The position numbers and the translations under genes are program-made. Below the pieces are notes generated by a model. That model saw only the letters and a program-made list of their open reading frames with translations, did not search any database and was not told the DNA's origin. A stretch of DNA of 64,000 nt from Eledone cirrhosa (Eukaryota), in contig OZ024742.1 of NCBI GenBank assembly GCA_964016885.1, forward strand, positions 129,952,001 through 130,016,000, written 5' to 3'. Shown piece after piece: positions 13,526 to 25,129 of this stretch (positions are counted from its first letter, which is position 1; each line of letters opens with the position of its first letter).

Positions 13526-14160
13526 GCATAATATAAGATGGTAGTTTCCTACAACATTCCCTTTCCTTCTATCTTTCATTGTTGTCCTTCCAGTTACCAT
13601 CCAAGGGGGAACTTCACTTCTCAGGACACATTCATTCAATCGATTTGCCAGTCTTTCATGAACCACGTTGTATCTCTTTAACCAAAAGCCATGGATCCCA
13701 ACTGGACCAGAAGCATTCCAGTTTGGTACCTTGACCACTTGATCCTTCACATCAACTGTGCTTATGGTAATATTTCTATGTCTATTATCTTCTCGAAACT
13801 CTATCTTAATGGTATCTCTCCATTTGGCATTCTTTGTATGCATCACAGTGTTTCCCCATATCCCACTCCAGAACTCCTTGACCTGGTCAGCATTAGGAAC
13901 AACATCCTTCCCATTGTCTCCTTTCAAAGTACAGAAGAATTATTTGGGATTATTTTTGATTAATCTATTCTCCTCAAACTGCTTATTTCTGTTCAAATAC
14001 TTTCTTATCTTCTAGATTTTTGACAAAATCCTGTTTTAACTGTTCCATTACAGTACAGAATCAATTTTTCCAAAGTTTATATTTCTTGTCTGTCTTCCAT
14101 TTTTTCATTTTCCTCTAAACCATTGCTCAATTTTACTTAAATCCTGCCTTGACTGCATTA
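13525..14160 (-). mobile_element. R4/Dong-like (RLE-type) LINE, N-terminal RT fragment
   Basis: ORF 13391-13927: FWSGIWG...PNWNASGPVGIHGFWLK...PPWMVTGRT...GNYHLILCL, a degenerate form of R4-clade RT domains 0-1. Confidence 0.75.
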
Positions 14161-14162
14161 TT

Positions 14163-14320
14163 GCAGTGGATTGGCAGTATCGGTAGAGGATTGGATGCCA
14201 TGCTTTGCAGCATAGAGTTACGTTCCTTTACGGTCTGAAAATAAAGTACCAGTAATGCACTGAGTAATTGCTGGCCTTGTGCCAAAAGTAGAAACAATTA
14301 TTATTACTGTAATTATTATT
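14163..14320 (+). mobile_element. SINE family A, internally deleted
   Basis: GTGGATTGGCAGTATCGGTAGAG head joined directly to AAAATAAAGTACCAG...CCTTGTGCCAAAAGTAGAAACAATTATTATT tail. Confidence 0.85.
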
Positions 14321-14668
14321 GGTCTCATTTTTGTTGTACGTCATCACTGCATTACCGAGCACAGCTCTGTGCACCTTGGGTATGTGCGCTGTGAGTTTTG
14401 GTGATGTTGTTTCTCTTGTATTGAGAGTACTCTTCATAATATGAATGCAGTACCTAGTAGTGTTATATTTTGTATGCTGTATATATTTGTAAGTCCTGAG
14501 GTTTTGATTATATACCTGCCTGTGTGTTTTTCTATCATTCCCAGAGCACCTATTATTATAGGTATTGTTTCAGTCTTCATCATCCACATTCGGGTTATTT
14601 TTATCTCTAGACCTTTATATTTGGATAGTTTCTCAATTTCCTTGGTAGATATATTGTTTTCTGTGGGG
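14321..14668 (-). mobile_element. R4/Dong-like LINE 3' end (restriction-like endonuclease C-terminus and 3'UTR)
   Basis: ORF 14434-14688: KEIEKLSKYKGLEIKITRMW..KTETIPIIIGALG...LLGTA. Ends in an (AAT)n tail; closely similar copy at 41366-41657. Confidence 0.8.
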
Positions 14669-14684
14669 GTTATTATTATTATTA

Positions 14685-15053
14685 GCATCAGACACCATGC
14701 TTTGCTGCATAGAGTTATGGCCCGTTACATTTTGAGTTCAAATCCCGCCGAGGTTAACTTTGCCTTTCATCCTTATGGGGTCAATAAAATAAAGTACGTC
14801 ACGCACTGGGGTCAATTTAATCAACTTTCCCATCCCCCCAAATTGTTGGACTTGTGCCACCATTGGTGGATTGGCAGTATTGGTAGAGGGTTGGACGCCA
14901 TGCTTTGACATATAGAGTTACGGCCCTTGCCATTCTGAGTTCAAATCCCGCCAAGGTTAACTTTGCCTTTCATCCTTACGGGGTCGATAAAATAAAGTAC
15001 CAGTAATGCACTGGGTAATTGCTGGCCTTGTGCCTAACGTAGAAACAATTATT
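14685..15053 (+). mobile_element. Two tandem SINE family A copies (older subfamily 14685-14858; younger 14865-15053)
   Basis: Both carry GAGTTCAAATCCCGCC (B box) and the TTTGCCTTTCATCCTTA.GGGGTC.ATAAAATAAAGTAC core. Confidence 0.85.
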
Positions 15054-15452
15054 AGTCTTATTATTATTACTACTCAGTATGAATAACCAATTCTACTGAT
15101 GTTGACATATGTTCACATACATCTCATACTCCATCTTCTACTCCATTTAACTAATGTTCATTATCAAACCTACATCTATATATCAACATTACTATTACTC
15201 AGTATAAATGACCAAATCATATGACCAAAAGACATGTCTCTGCACACCTACATGTAATGGTGTATGCAGTATATGTGTAGACCAGTCTTTCTATGTAGAT
15301 TACTATTACAAACCATGCTACTGCTACAACATGACTAGCATTACAACCCTACTAATACTGGTAATATTTCTGAGAACACTATTCAGATCATTACTGCTAT
15401 GAAAGGGATAATTAACAAAATGATTGTTATTAGAACCCTATTATTACAAAAA

Positions 15453-15616
15453 GGGCGGTGGATTGGCAGTATCGTTAGAAGTTATGGCCCTTTATGGTCT
15501 GAGTTCAAATCCTGCCGAGGTTAACTTTGCCTTTCATCCTTACGGGGTCGATAAAATAAAGTACCAGTAACATACTGGGATAATTGCTGGCCTTGTGCCA
15601 AAAGCAGAAACAATTA
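15453..15616 (+). mobile_element. SINE family A
   Basis: GGCGGTGGATTGGCAGTATCG head, B box, core and tail present; short deletion in the head. Confidence 0.85.
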
Positions 15617-15666
15617 TCGTCATTCTATGACTATAATGAGGGTTGATGGGGATTATTAGTGAATTA

Positions 15667-15910
15667 AGGCTTAGTGGTTACAGAGGTGGATTGACAATCA
15701 TAAAGTTGTGAGTTCAATTCCCAGTCCAGGTGATGCATTATGTCCTTGAGCAAGACACTTTATTCTATGTTGCTCCTTTTGCCAGGAGTTGCGACTGGTA
15801 GATAGTATCAGTAATTGGAAAGCACCAATGGAAACATTGTTTTCTTGGTCTGATCTGACAAGTTCCAGCCCATTTGGTAAGTATGTGAGGTCTGGGATCT
15901 TGTCGATTGT
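15667..15910 (+). mobile_element. tRNA-derived SINE family C
   Basis: GGCTTAGTGGTTA...GAGTTCAATTCCC head, TGTCCTTGAGCAAGACACTTTATT body, CCAGGAGTTGC...GGAAACATTGTTT tail; recurs at 32668, 38466 and 54440. Confidence 0.8.
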
Positions 15911-16204
15911 TAAAAAAATATGATGATGATCATCATCATCGATTAATGTCTATCTTCCATGCTAGCATGGGTTAGATGGGTTTGTCCCATTTGGAGGCTT
16001 TTTGTCATGACACCTACACAATCACTTTAAAGTGGGCTGGATGTTTTGTGGTACCAGCATAATATACATATATATATATATACATAAACATGCGCATATC
16101 ATGATGAAATTGATATACACATATATATATATTTGCATGCATATACATATACCATATATGTAATATACATTCACATATCATACATATGCATACACACTTC
16201 ATAT

Positions 16205-18580
16205 ATCAACCGCGTTGATTGGTGTCCATCATTCATGGGTAAGATGGATTGATTCTTGTTTAGCTCACCTGGGGCAGATTTTAGCTTGGTTTCTACAGCT
16301 GGGTGCCCTTCCTACCGCCAACCACATTTACAGGTGTGTGCTGGGTGCTTTTTGTCATGTCACCTACATGACCACTTTACAGTGTAGACTGGGTACTTTT
16401 TGTCGTGACACATACACAACCACTTTACAGTGGGACCTGGACACTTTTGTCATGTCACCGACATGACCACTTTACAGTGGGGCCTGGGCACTTTTGTCTT
16501 GGAACTAGAGTGGGGGAAGGAAACTTTGGGAAAATGTGGACAGGATAGTAGAGGAGGTATGGTTACTAAGGGAGGTGAATGAGAGGGGATAGAAGGTTGA
16601 GGAAGGTGTTGCCTACTAGGTATAAGCCTCAGCCTGAGAATAATAGAGTGCGGGTCTTCTGTAAAACTGCATAGCGCCAGTCTTCTGTAAAACTGCATAG
16701 CAGCAGAGGTCGCAGTCCTGTGTCATTGCTTTTGAGAAGTATAATTATGCAAGGTCAGCTTTTATTACCTCATCCCAAGTCTTCCTAGGCCAGCCCACAC
16801 CACGGCTACCATCGACTTTGAGCACCTTATTATATAGCTGTCATCCTTCATACGTATCACATGTCCATACCAATGCAATCTCCTCTCCTACATGCAACAA
16901 CTGATCCCTCTTATGCCTAATTCTTCATGCTGTATATTTATACTTTGCCATTCATGTATGTTGCTATTGCATATCCAGTGAAGCATGGAGGCTTCATTTC
17001 TTTCCAATCTTCACATGTCCTCTGCACACAATGCCTAGGTCTCGCTGCTGTGCAACAATGTTGTTCGTATACATGCATCATACAGTCCTGCCTTTCATTT
17101 TGAGGGAAAAACCTTTTGTAGTTAGTAATGGTAGTAGCTCCCTGAATTTTCTCCAATCCGATCTCACTCTGATTACTGTGCTTTCAGAACACTCTCCCCC
17201 ACTACTGATTTGGTCACCCAGGTAACGGAAACTATCTAGCACATCAACCGAGCCCTCTGAGCATTCTTGCTACTTACTGCCCTCTGTGCACCTTGCCACA
17301 AGTAAAACCTACAATCTTTGTTAGCCTGCTTAGATCCCACTACATCTCTTGTGTACCCATTGCTTGTATTTGGTACATTGAATGGAATTTCTACCTACTC
17401 CTTTCTGCACACTGAGCAAGACCATTTCCCAGAGGGGATTTGGGCCCTGTTATCCCTTCTACTTACTAGAACTTTAGTCTTTGCCAGGTTGACTTTAAGA
17501 CCTTTAGATTCTAGGCCTTGCTTCCAGGTTTGGAATTTCATCTCTAGTTCAGTTATAGATTCGGCTATAAGGGTTAGGTCATCGGCATATAGAAGTTCCC
17601 ACGGGCAGCCGGTCTTATACTCCTCCGTTATTACCTGCAGAACGATAATAAACAGAAGAGGGCTAAGAACAGAGCCCTGATGGACACCAACCTGCACACT
17701 AAATTTGTCACTATAGTCATTGTTAATTCTAACCTTACTGGCTGTTCTATACATTGCTTGAATTTCCCTTACAAGCCATTCATCAACTCCTAGTTTCCTA
17801 AGAGCCCACCAGATAATGGAATGGGGGACTCTGTCAAAAGCTTTCTCAAGGTCTACAAAAGCCAGGTAGAGGGGCTTACTCTTAGCTAGGTACTTCTGCA
17901 GTTGTCTTACAAGGAAGAGGGTATCTGTGGTACTCTTACCTGGGACAAATCCAAACTGCATCTCATCTATGTTAACACGTTCTTTAATCAGTTGAGCTAA
18001 GACTCTTTCAGTGAACTTCAACCTGGACAACCAACTTAATGCCACTATAGGTTTCTCTATTTAGGGCATCTCCTTTGCCCTTGTAGCAGTTTATGATGCT
18101 GCTGCTACACCAGTCATTGGGTATGACACCATTTTGTATGACTTACTTTATAATATGGGAGACTGTGGTGTGGCCCACCATACCTGAAGTTTTCAGCATC
18201 TCAGCAACTATCCCTGAGTGGCCAGCTGCCCTGCCTGACTTCATATCCTTGATTGCCTTACTTACTATACTTGTACAGCCCGTCCCTCTTTTGGGTCGAC
18301 ATGCATTCTCCTCATTCAGTAATCTTTCATAGTGGCACTTCCATGCTACCTTCTTTTCAGTGTCAGCGAGGACAAGTTCACCAAAATCATTACTCACACA
18401 CTTCTCTCCACTGACATCACAATTTTCCCTGACACACTGTCTAGCAATCCTGAACACTGCAAAACAAACTTAAATTTTTTGTTTTCTGCTTCCCTCCTAA
18501 CGTTCTGGTAAACTTCCTTGCTACCCCCATTATGCCAATCTTTACAAGCCTGTCTTTTAGCCTTAATTGTCTCATCAGTA
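16205..18580 (-). mobile_element. RTE-clade LINE, 5'-truncated and frameshifted (RT, C-terminus, 3'UTR)
   Basis: ORF 17395-18045 has QFGFVPGKST, AFVDLEKAFDRV, GVHQGSVLSPLLF and LLYADDL; upstream fragment 18143-18457. 3'UTR holds ~43-bp tandem repeats at 16320-16500. Confidence 0.9.
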
Positions 18581-19690
18581 AATAATTATTGCTAAAATTC
18601 CTACCATTACCATTAATAACATAGTTATCAAAACTTTCCTTATATTATTACTAGTCTAATTACTTTTAACTATGAGAAAATTTGTTGTTGTTTCAGTATA
18701 TGGAAAGCATTATATAAACAGAAAATGTGGATGTGATCAACCTTTAGTCTGGAAATGTAGCCAGCAGTAACCCAGAGGTCAAATTCCCCAACCTGTCCAG
18801 GCGATTGGCACATTGTTTTGTATTATCTACTGGATTTACTGACAAATGGTAACAATATGTCTGGCTCAGTCATATATCTCAACATTTTTTTGGAACAAAA
18901 TACCTGCATCAGTTATTAGCTCTCGAGACACTACATCCTTTAAATCCTCCATGCTTCCTGAGATTTGCCAACACTATACCTGATATCTCCCTTCCATACA
19001 CACGCACACATTTATTTTTTCATGACTCGTATTATTTTTATAAGATATGAAAAGATGAAGTTGAATTTTAGATAAGATACTATATATATATGTGTTGCTA
19101 GTAGAATTATTTTTTAAAATTAGAATTATCTTTAAACTACATATTTATGGGAAAGTGTCTTCGATACAATTAACCCTGACATATGCTTAGGTGGTCAGAC
19201 CTGCTTCTGAATCTTTCCTAAGAGTTATACTGAATTGGATAACCAACATTAAGATACAATCTATATATATAAAACTGTGGTTGTCTGTCTGTCTATCGAT
19301 TTTTGGCACACATCTCCTCTTAGAATCTCTCACGGAATTTCACCGAAATTGCTATACTTGTACATTGAGCCCTAGCGAAGACATCGGAAAAAAATATTTC
19401 AAATTGACCTGCCCTATCTGACGAAATCGAATATAATGTATCGATTTTTGAGCGTAAGTGATCAGTTATTTCCCTTTGTTCTGTTTACATTGAGCGTCTT
19501 ACGTAAAAAATTACGCTGGCTTTACGAACAGTTGTCGAGCCAGCAAAATATTGACCTGCAAAATTCATCAGTTCGAACACTAAGCTTCCGTTTTGCTTCA
19601 TTTCCATTTAAAAGCATTTTAAAACAATATTTTTACTTGAAAACAAGTCTATTTAAAGACTACGTAAAACAAGCAAATATTTCGTCGTTA

Positions 19691-19817
19691 GGCGTGCAGA
19701 CAGACAGTCGTGCAGACAGATGATATAGGCGTGCAGACAGATAGTCGTGCAGAGAGGTGATATAGGCGTGCAGACAGATAGTCGTGCAGAGAGGTGATAT
19801 AGGCGTGCAGACAGACA
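19691..19817. repeat. 37-bp minisatellite (~3.4 copies) inside the Helitron
   Basis: GGCGTGCAGACAGACAGTCGTGCAGAGAGGTGATATA starts at 19691, 19728, 19765 and 19802. Confidence 0.9.
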
Positions 19818-20264
19818 TAACTAATAATTTGGTTACGCTAATGTTTTTCTCTGCGTTGCAGTGTTTACATTTTCGATCTTTGTTAATAAATAACCAGTGC
19901 AGTTTCTATCCCCAGCATCCTCTTTTGTTATAACATTCGGGTTATCGTTATGTTTTCTTAACTTCATAAGGCATATTGTTGGTTGAGGGAATATTAATCA
20001 AAAACACCACATGCAAGTCTGCACAGTAGACACTACAGTTTTTAAGCCAAGAAAGAAACTTAATATTGTAACTTTAACACAGCTTCATCAGTTCGAACAC
20101 TAAGCTTCCGTTTTGCTTCATTTCCATTTAAAAGCCTTTTAAAACAATATTTTTACTTGAAAACAAGTCTATTTAAAGACTACGTAAAACAAGCAAATAT
20201 TTCGTAAAAAAAAGCAAAAATTATATAAGTTTATTTAAAATATATGTATCTGTAAATTTCGTTA

Positions 20265-20575
20265 GGCGTGCAGACAGACAGTCGTGCAGAGAGGTGATAT
20301 AGGCGTGCAGACAGACAGTCGTGCAGAGAGGTGATATAGGGGTGCAGGCAGACATTCGTGCAGAGAGGTGATATAGGGGTGCAGACAGACAGTCGTGCAG
20401 AGAGGTGATATAGGCGTGCAGACAGACAGTCGTGCAGAGAGGTGATATACGCGTGCAGACAGACAGTCGTGCAGAGAGGTGATATAGGCGTGCAGACAGA
20501 CAGTCGTGCAGAGAGGTGATATAGGCGTGCAGACAGACAGTCGTGCAGAGAGGTGATATAGGCGTGCAGACAGAT
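20265..20575. repeat. 37-bp minisatellite (~8 copies) inside the Helitron
   Basis: Same unit as 19691-19817, expanded in the second copy of the internal duplication. Confidence 0.9.
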
Positions 20576-20984
20576 ATAACTGATAATTTGGTTACGCTAA
20601 TGTTTTTCTCTGCGTTGCAGTGTTTACATTTTCGATCTTTGTTAATAAATAAACAGTGTAGTTTCTATCCCCAGCATCCTCTTTTGTTATAACATTCGGG
20701 TTATCGTTATGTTTTCTTAACTTCATAAGGCATATTGTTGGTTGAGGGAATATTAATCAAAAACACCACATGCAAGTCTGCACAGTAGACACTACATTTT
20801 TTAAGCCAAGAAAGAAACTTAACATTGTAACTTTAACACAGCTACTGAGCGACCCCGAGCAACGCCGGGCTTTACTGCTAGTATGACATATAACTTGGGG
20901 CATGTTCACTTTCTTAGGGAAATTTACAAAAAGAAAAAAAATGTCAAACATTTTATACATGTATCTGTGTATATCTTTACAGTT

Positions 20985-21205
20985 AAATAATGGTTTCTGA
21001 TCAAGGCACAAGGCCAACAATTTTGGTGGGAGGAGAAAGTCAATTAAATTGACCCCAGTGCATTACTGGTACTTTATTTTATCCAACAAGTACAGATGAA
21101 AGGAAAAGCTAACCTCGGCAGGATTTGAACTCAGAACATAAAATTCTGTAACTATATACCACAATGCATGTTGTCCAATGCTCTACCGACTCTGCCATTC
21201 CACCA
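20985..21205 (-). mobile_element. SINE family A, older subfamily
   Basis: GCACAAGGCC...CTGGTACTTTATTTTATC...GGATTTGAACTCAG...CTGCCATTCCACC, with the extra GGGAGGAGAAAGTCAATTAAATTGACCCC segment. Confidence 0.8.
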
Positions 21206-21252
21206 AGCTTTTTATAGTTAGATAATGAAAATAGGAATTTGTTTCAGCTTAC

Positions 21253-21327
21253 CATTTGCTGTTTTCCAAGGTGTTGTACAATTTCTGTATTCACTCTGGT
21301 TTCTAGATCAATTTGAATTTCTATTTC
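21253..21327 (-). CDS. IQCG: Internal coding exon (75 nt, phase 0-0) of IQCG/DRC9: EIEIQIDLETRVNTEIVQHLGKQQM
   Basis: Acceptor ttttattttatag| and donor |gtaagc. Continues in frame from exon 63110-62867 and matches, from memory, the length and pattern of vertebrate IQCG KLRMKTEEEARTHTEIEMFLRKEQQ. Confidence 0.75.
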
Positions 21328-21548
21328 CTATAAAATAAAACATTATTTATTTATAAAAGAATGTGTTACTCAAAATTAAAAAGCAGTTGGATGTATACAA
21401 TAAGTAATATATAAATAGGTACAATACATTTATTTGTAAATATATAAAAAAAGGTTCTAAATTACTTTATGCAATATATATATATCATCATCATCATCAT
21501 TGTTTAATGTTCATTTTCCACACTAGCATGAGTTAGACAGTTATATAT

Positions 21549-21660
21549 ATATACTGTTTTGTAGAAAATACATGGTAAACTGAAATATACCTTCCCAGGA
21601 ACTTAGAGTTTCCCAAAGGTATACGCCAGTTTACCATGTACTTTATACAATGTAGTATAT
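21549..21660. repeat. ~110-bp imperfect palindrome (hairpin MITE-like) next to TA repeats
   Basis: TACATGGTAAACTG pairs with CAGTTTACCATGTA, TATACCTT with AAGGTATA, ATATACT with AGTATAT. Confidence 0.75.
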
Positions 21661-21732
21661 TTATTTCTATAATTACATATTGAGGGCTTTTTCTTTAGTG
21701 GTTACAACCACACGTTCAATCAACAATGTACA

Positions 21733-21790
<58 letters not shown>

Positions 21791-22009
21791 CGAAGGAGTT
21801 GTGGTAAGGAACCAGATGGATCATAATGCACCAGAGTACTCAATACTTTTTAGTCCAGAAAATAGCCGTCGAAACGGCTTGAGCTCTGCCGTCGGGGTCA
21901 AACTTTCTCCTGTATATATATAGTAATAATAATAAATTTGAAGACTAAAATCCAAAGAGGGCTCGATAAGGATAAATATATATCAGATATATAAGAACCG
22001 TAGAACAAA

Positions 22010-23085
22010 TATTTATTAAAATAACAGATTAAAGTTTAAGCAAAGAATCGCTGCTTTCACCCTTAAACGTTGCAACCGAAGGAAGACAGGAGGACGATAC
22101 TTTGGTTCGTGGAAACGTTCCCTGGCAAAGAACGGAAAAAAAACGAAGATAATACGTCATAATTTGGTGCGGTGAAAACAAATACATGCAAAGACAAAAC
22201 CACGTTTATGGTATAAATGAAGTCGTAGACTAATATTCTATTAGGTGGTTCATGGAGACGTTCTCTGGCAATGAACGGAAAAAACGAAGATAATACGTCA
22301 TTATGTGGAGCGGTGAGAACAATTACACGCAAAGACAAAACTACGTAAATGGTATAACTGAAGTCGTAGACTAAAATTCTATTTAGGAAACCGAATGATT
22401 CTCAGCTTCAGAGTTAAGAATTAAGTAAATAAAATACAGAGGTAATTGAAATTAAATATATACATACATGCTTCCATATATGTACGTACACAAGCATACA
22501 CGAAAACACTCGCCATGGGTATGTAAATACAAGCACGTACACAAATATAAACAAAAAAAAAACGCGCACGCATATACAGAACCCACGCAATGCCTGTACC
22601 CGCACACATACGAACGTATACACCAAATACACATGAAAATATATATATAAAAAAAATATATATATATATGTGTGTGTGTGTGCGTGTATACATAATATAT
22701 ATAAATATACACACATAAATACGTATATAACACGCGCACACACATACCTACATGTAAATACACATATGTTCGCGGACTTACGTCAACCAAAACACAAAGT
22801 ACACATATACACACACCCTACATACATACGAACTCGCATACTCACACAGACGCAAACTCACGTATACACATAACCAAATGCACATGTACCAGTATATATA
22901 ATAAATACGCCATAACATATACAAGCAAGTATACGTACGAGAAAGTATACGTACCTTCGGTTGTAACGTTTTTTGAAATATTTACTTCTGCGTTCACAGA
23001 TTGACTTTTTTAGTTTCAGAAGATCCCGTTAAGGGTGAAAGCAGCGATTCTTTGCTTAGATTTTAATCTGTTATTTTAATTAATA
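22010..23085. mobile_element. Unclassified element with ~55-bp inverted termini and an internal ~144-bp duplication
   Basis: 22010-22068 is the reverse complement of 23027-23085; 22103-22242 is repeated at 22247-22384; a third terminal copy lies at 23297-23343. Confidence 0.55.
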
Positions 23086-23371
23086 TATATATATATAATA
23101 TAATTGAATAAACAAGAGAGATGAACACTAATATAAACATACATGTGTTCGAATCGTAAGGACCAAATTTGCTGTGGCGAAAAAATACTAACTACAGCAC
23201 TATAGTTTGTTATCCTTAACTTTAAATATTAAATTAAGAAAAATTAAGAGAAATAACATACCTATATTGGGCAAAAATGCCTGGTATATATATATATATT
23301 TATTAAAATAACAGATTAAAGTTTAAGCAAAGAATCGCTGCTTACTATTATTACTACATATATATATATAT

Positions 23372-24110
23372 GAACAGCATTACGAACAGCAATCTTACAT
23401 GGGCGCTGTCTGTAGAAGACTTGCGTAGATTAGAAAGAAACGAAGCCTGCATGCTTCGATGGATGTGTAATAGTAATATACGCGAACGGCAAAGCATAAA
23501 TGAATTGAGAGAGAGACTGAGCGTAAGAGAAATCAAATGCTGTGTGCAGAAGAGGGGGTTACATTGGCATTGACATGTGATGCTTATGAAGGATGACAGC
23601 TGCATAAAACGGTGCAGAGCACTAGATGTCGATGGAAGCCACAGAGTGGGGAGACCCAAGAAGACCTGTGACTGGGATGAGGTGATAAAAGCCGACCTTA
23701 CCCAATTGCACCTCTCAAAGGCGATGACACATGACCGTGACCTCTGGCATCACGCAGTAATACAGAAGACCCCCCCCCCCCCACGGGTACAAGCCGAAGC
23801 TGAAGCATATAGACAATATGCCCCCACCGCCTCCCACTGCAAAGTGGTCGTGGAGGTGTCATGACAAAAAAGCACCCAGGCCACACTGTAAAGTGGTCAT
23901 GTAGGCGCCATGGTAAAAAAGCACCCAGCACTCACTGTAAATGAGGTTGGTGTTAGGAAGGGCATCCAGCTGTAGAAATCCAGCTAGAATCAGTTCCCGT
24001 ATGAGCAAAGCATTGTCAGCCGACCTGGCATTGCCCACAACAGGACAACCCATCTAACCCATGCTAGCATGTAAGAATGGACATAAAACGGTGATGATGA
24101 TGATGATGAT
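23372..24110 (+). mobile_element. RTE LINE 3' fragment with (GAT)n tail
   Basis: TWALSVEDLRRLERNEACMLRWMC...GRPKKT; 3'UTR GGTTGGTGTTAGGAAGGGCATCC; ends AAACGGTGATGATGAT. Confidence 0.88.
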
Positions 24111-24504
24111 ATGATCGGAAAATGTCTTGGGATAATAGCGCTCTTGAAATGGACCCTATAACCCTCACAGCCTATGTTTACATTTCTCTGTTTAGTATCA
24201 GCCAAGTCTCAGATGTAAGTACATATTCTCTGATTTTGTCTATTCTTTCTCTCTCCCTCTCTTTATCCCTCACCCCCACTTTCCCACTCTCTCTCTCTGT
24301 CCCTCTTTCCCACTCCCTCTATTACTCTTTCCCTCTCTCTCTGTCTCCTGTAAATATTTACCACAAGAAGATGCCATATGTATTGTGACCAGGATCATAT
24401 TATTCGTAAAGCTGACTAATGGTTACATCAGTTTATTTTGCTAAAGCACTGTTATTTGTGTCCTAGGCCTCCGGTGGTTAAAGGCCCTTTGCATATACAT
24501 ATAA

Positions 24505-24715
24505 AGGCATGTGGCTTAGAGGTTAAAGCACTGGAATCATGATCGTTGACCGACTAGATGGTGCATTGTCCTTAAACAAGATACTTATTTCACGTTGTTC
24601 CAGTCCACTCAGCTGGTAAAATTGAGTTGTACCTGTAATCCATGGGGACAGCCTCATTACACATGGCATCATGCTGAATCTCCCTGAGAACTATGTCAAG
24701 AATGCATGTGTATGT
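24505..24715 (+). mobile_element. SINE family B
   Basis: GGCTTAGAGGTTA head; CCAGTCCACTCAGCTG...GCTGAATCTCCCTGAGAACTA. Confidence 0.75.
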
Positions 24716-24734
24716 GGTATATATATATATATAT

Positions 24735-24940
24735 AGTCGTGGAGGTGCCACGGCAAAAAAGCACCTAGTACTCACTGTAAATGAGGTTAGTGTTAGGAAG
24801 GACATCCAGTTGTAGAAATCAAGTCAAAATCAGTTCCCCTATGAGCAAGACAAGATCACCCGACCAGGCATTGCCCACAAGAGAACAACCCGTCTAACCC
24901 ATGCTAGCGTGGAAGAATGGACATAAAATGGTGAAGATGA
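24735..24940 (+). mobile_element. RTE 3'UTR fragment
   Basis: Closely similar to 23850-24100; ends in GATGA. Confidence 0.8.
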
Positions 24941-25129
24941 TATATATATATATCATCATCATATATATATATATATATAACCAAAAGTTTATATGGTTCG
25001 TTGATTATTCAACAAATTCAATTTTACAATAGATTAGAAGCACCCAACCGGAATTTATCTGGAGTATCTACTACAGGAATTGACTACCACTACAGGAATT
25101 GAAGATTCAAGACCTTAGGGGTATGTTGT

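Larger units (their letters stand above)
19260..20881 (+). mobile_element. Non-autonomous Helitron with internal duplication and 37-bp minisatellites
   Basis: A|TCTATATATATAAAA 5' end; CCCGAGCAACGCCGGG hairpin then CTAG|T 3' end; inserted between A and T with no TSD. Confidence 0.85.

Noticed and set aside
18698-18771. Plus-strand exon (YGKHYINRKCGCDQPLVWKCSQQ*)
   Set aside because: Acceptor-like site only, no recognisable homology and no linked exons.
19691-20575. 37-bp repeats as CRISPR repeats
   Set aside because: Head-to-tail with no spacers and enclosed by Helitron termini.
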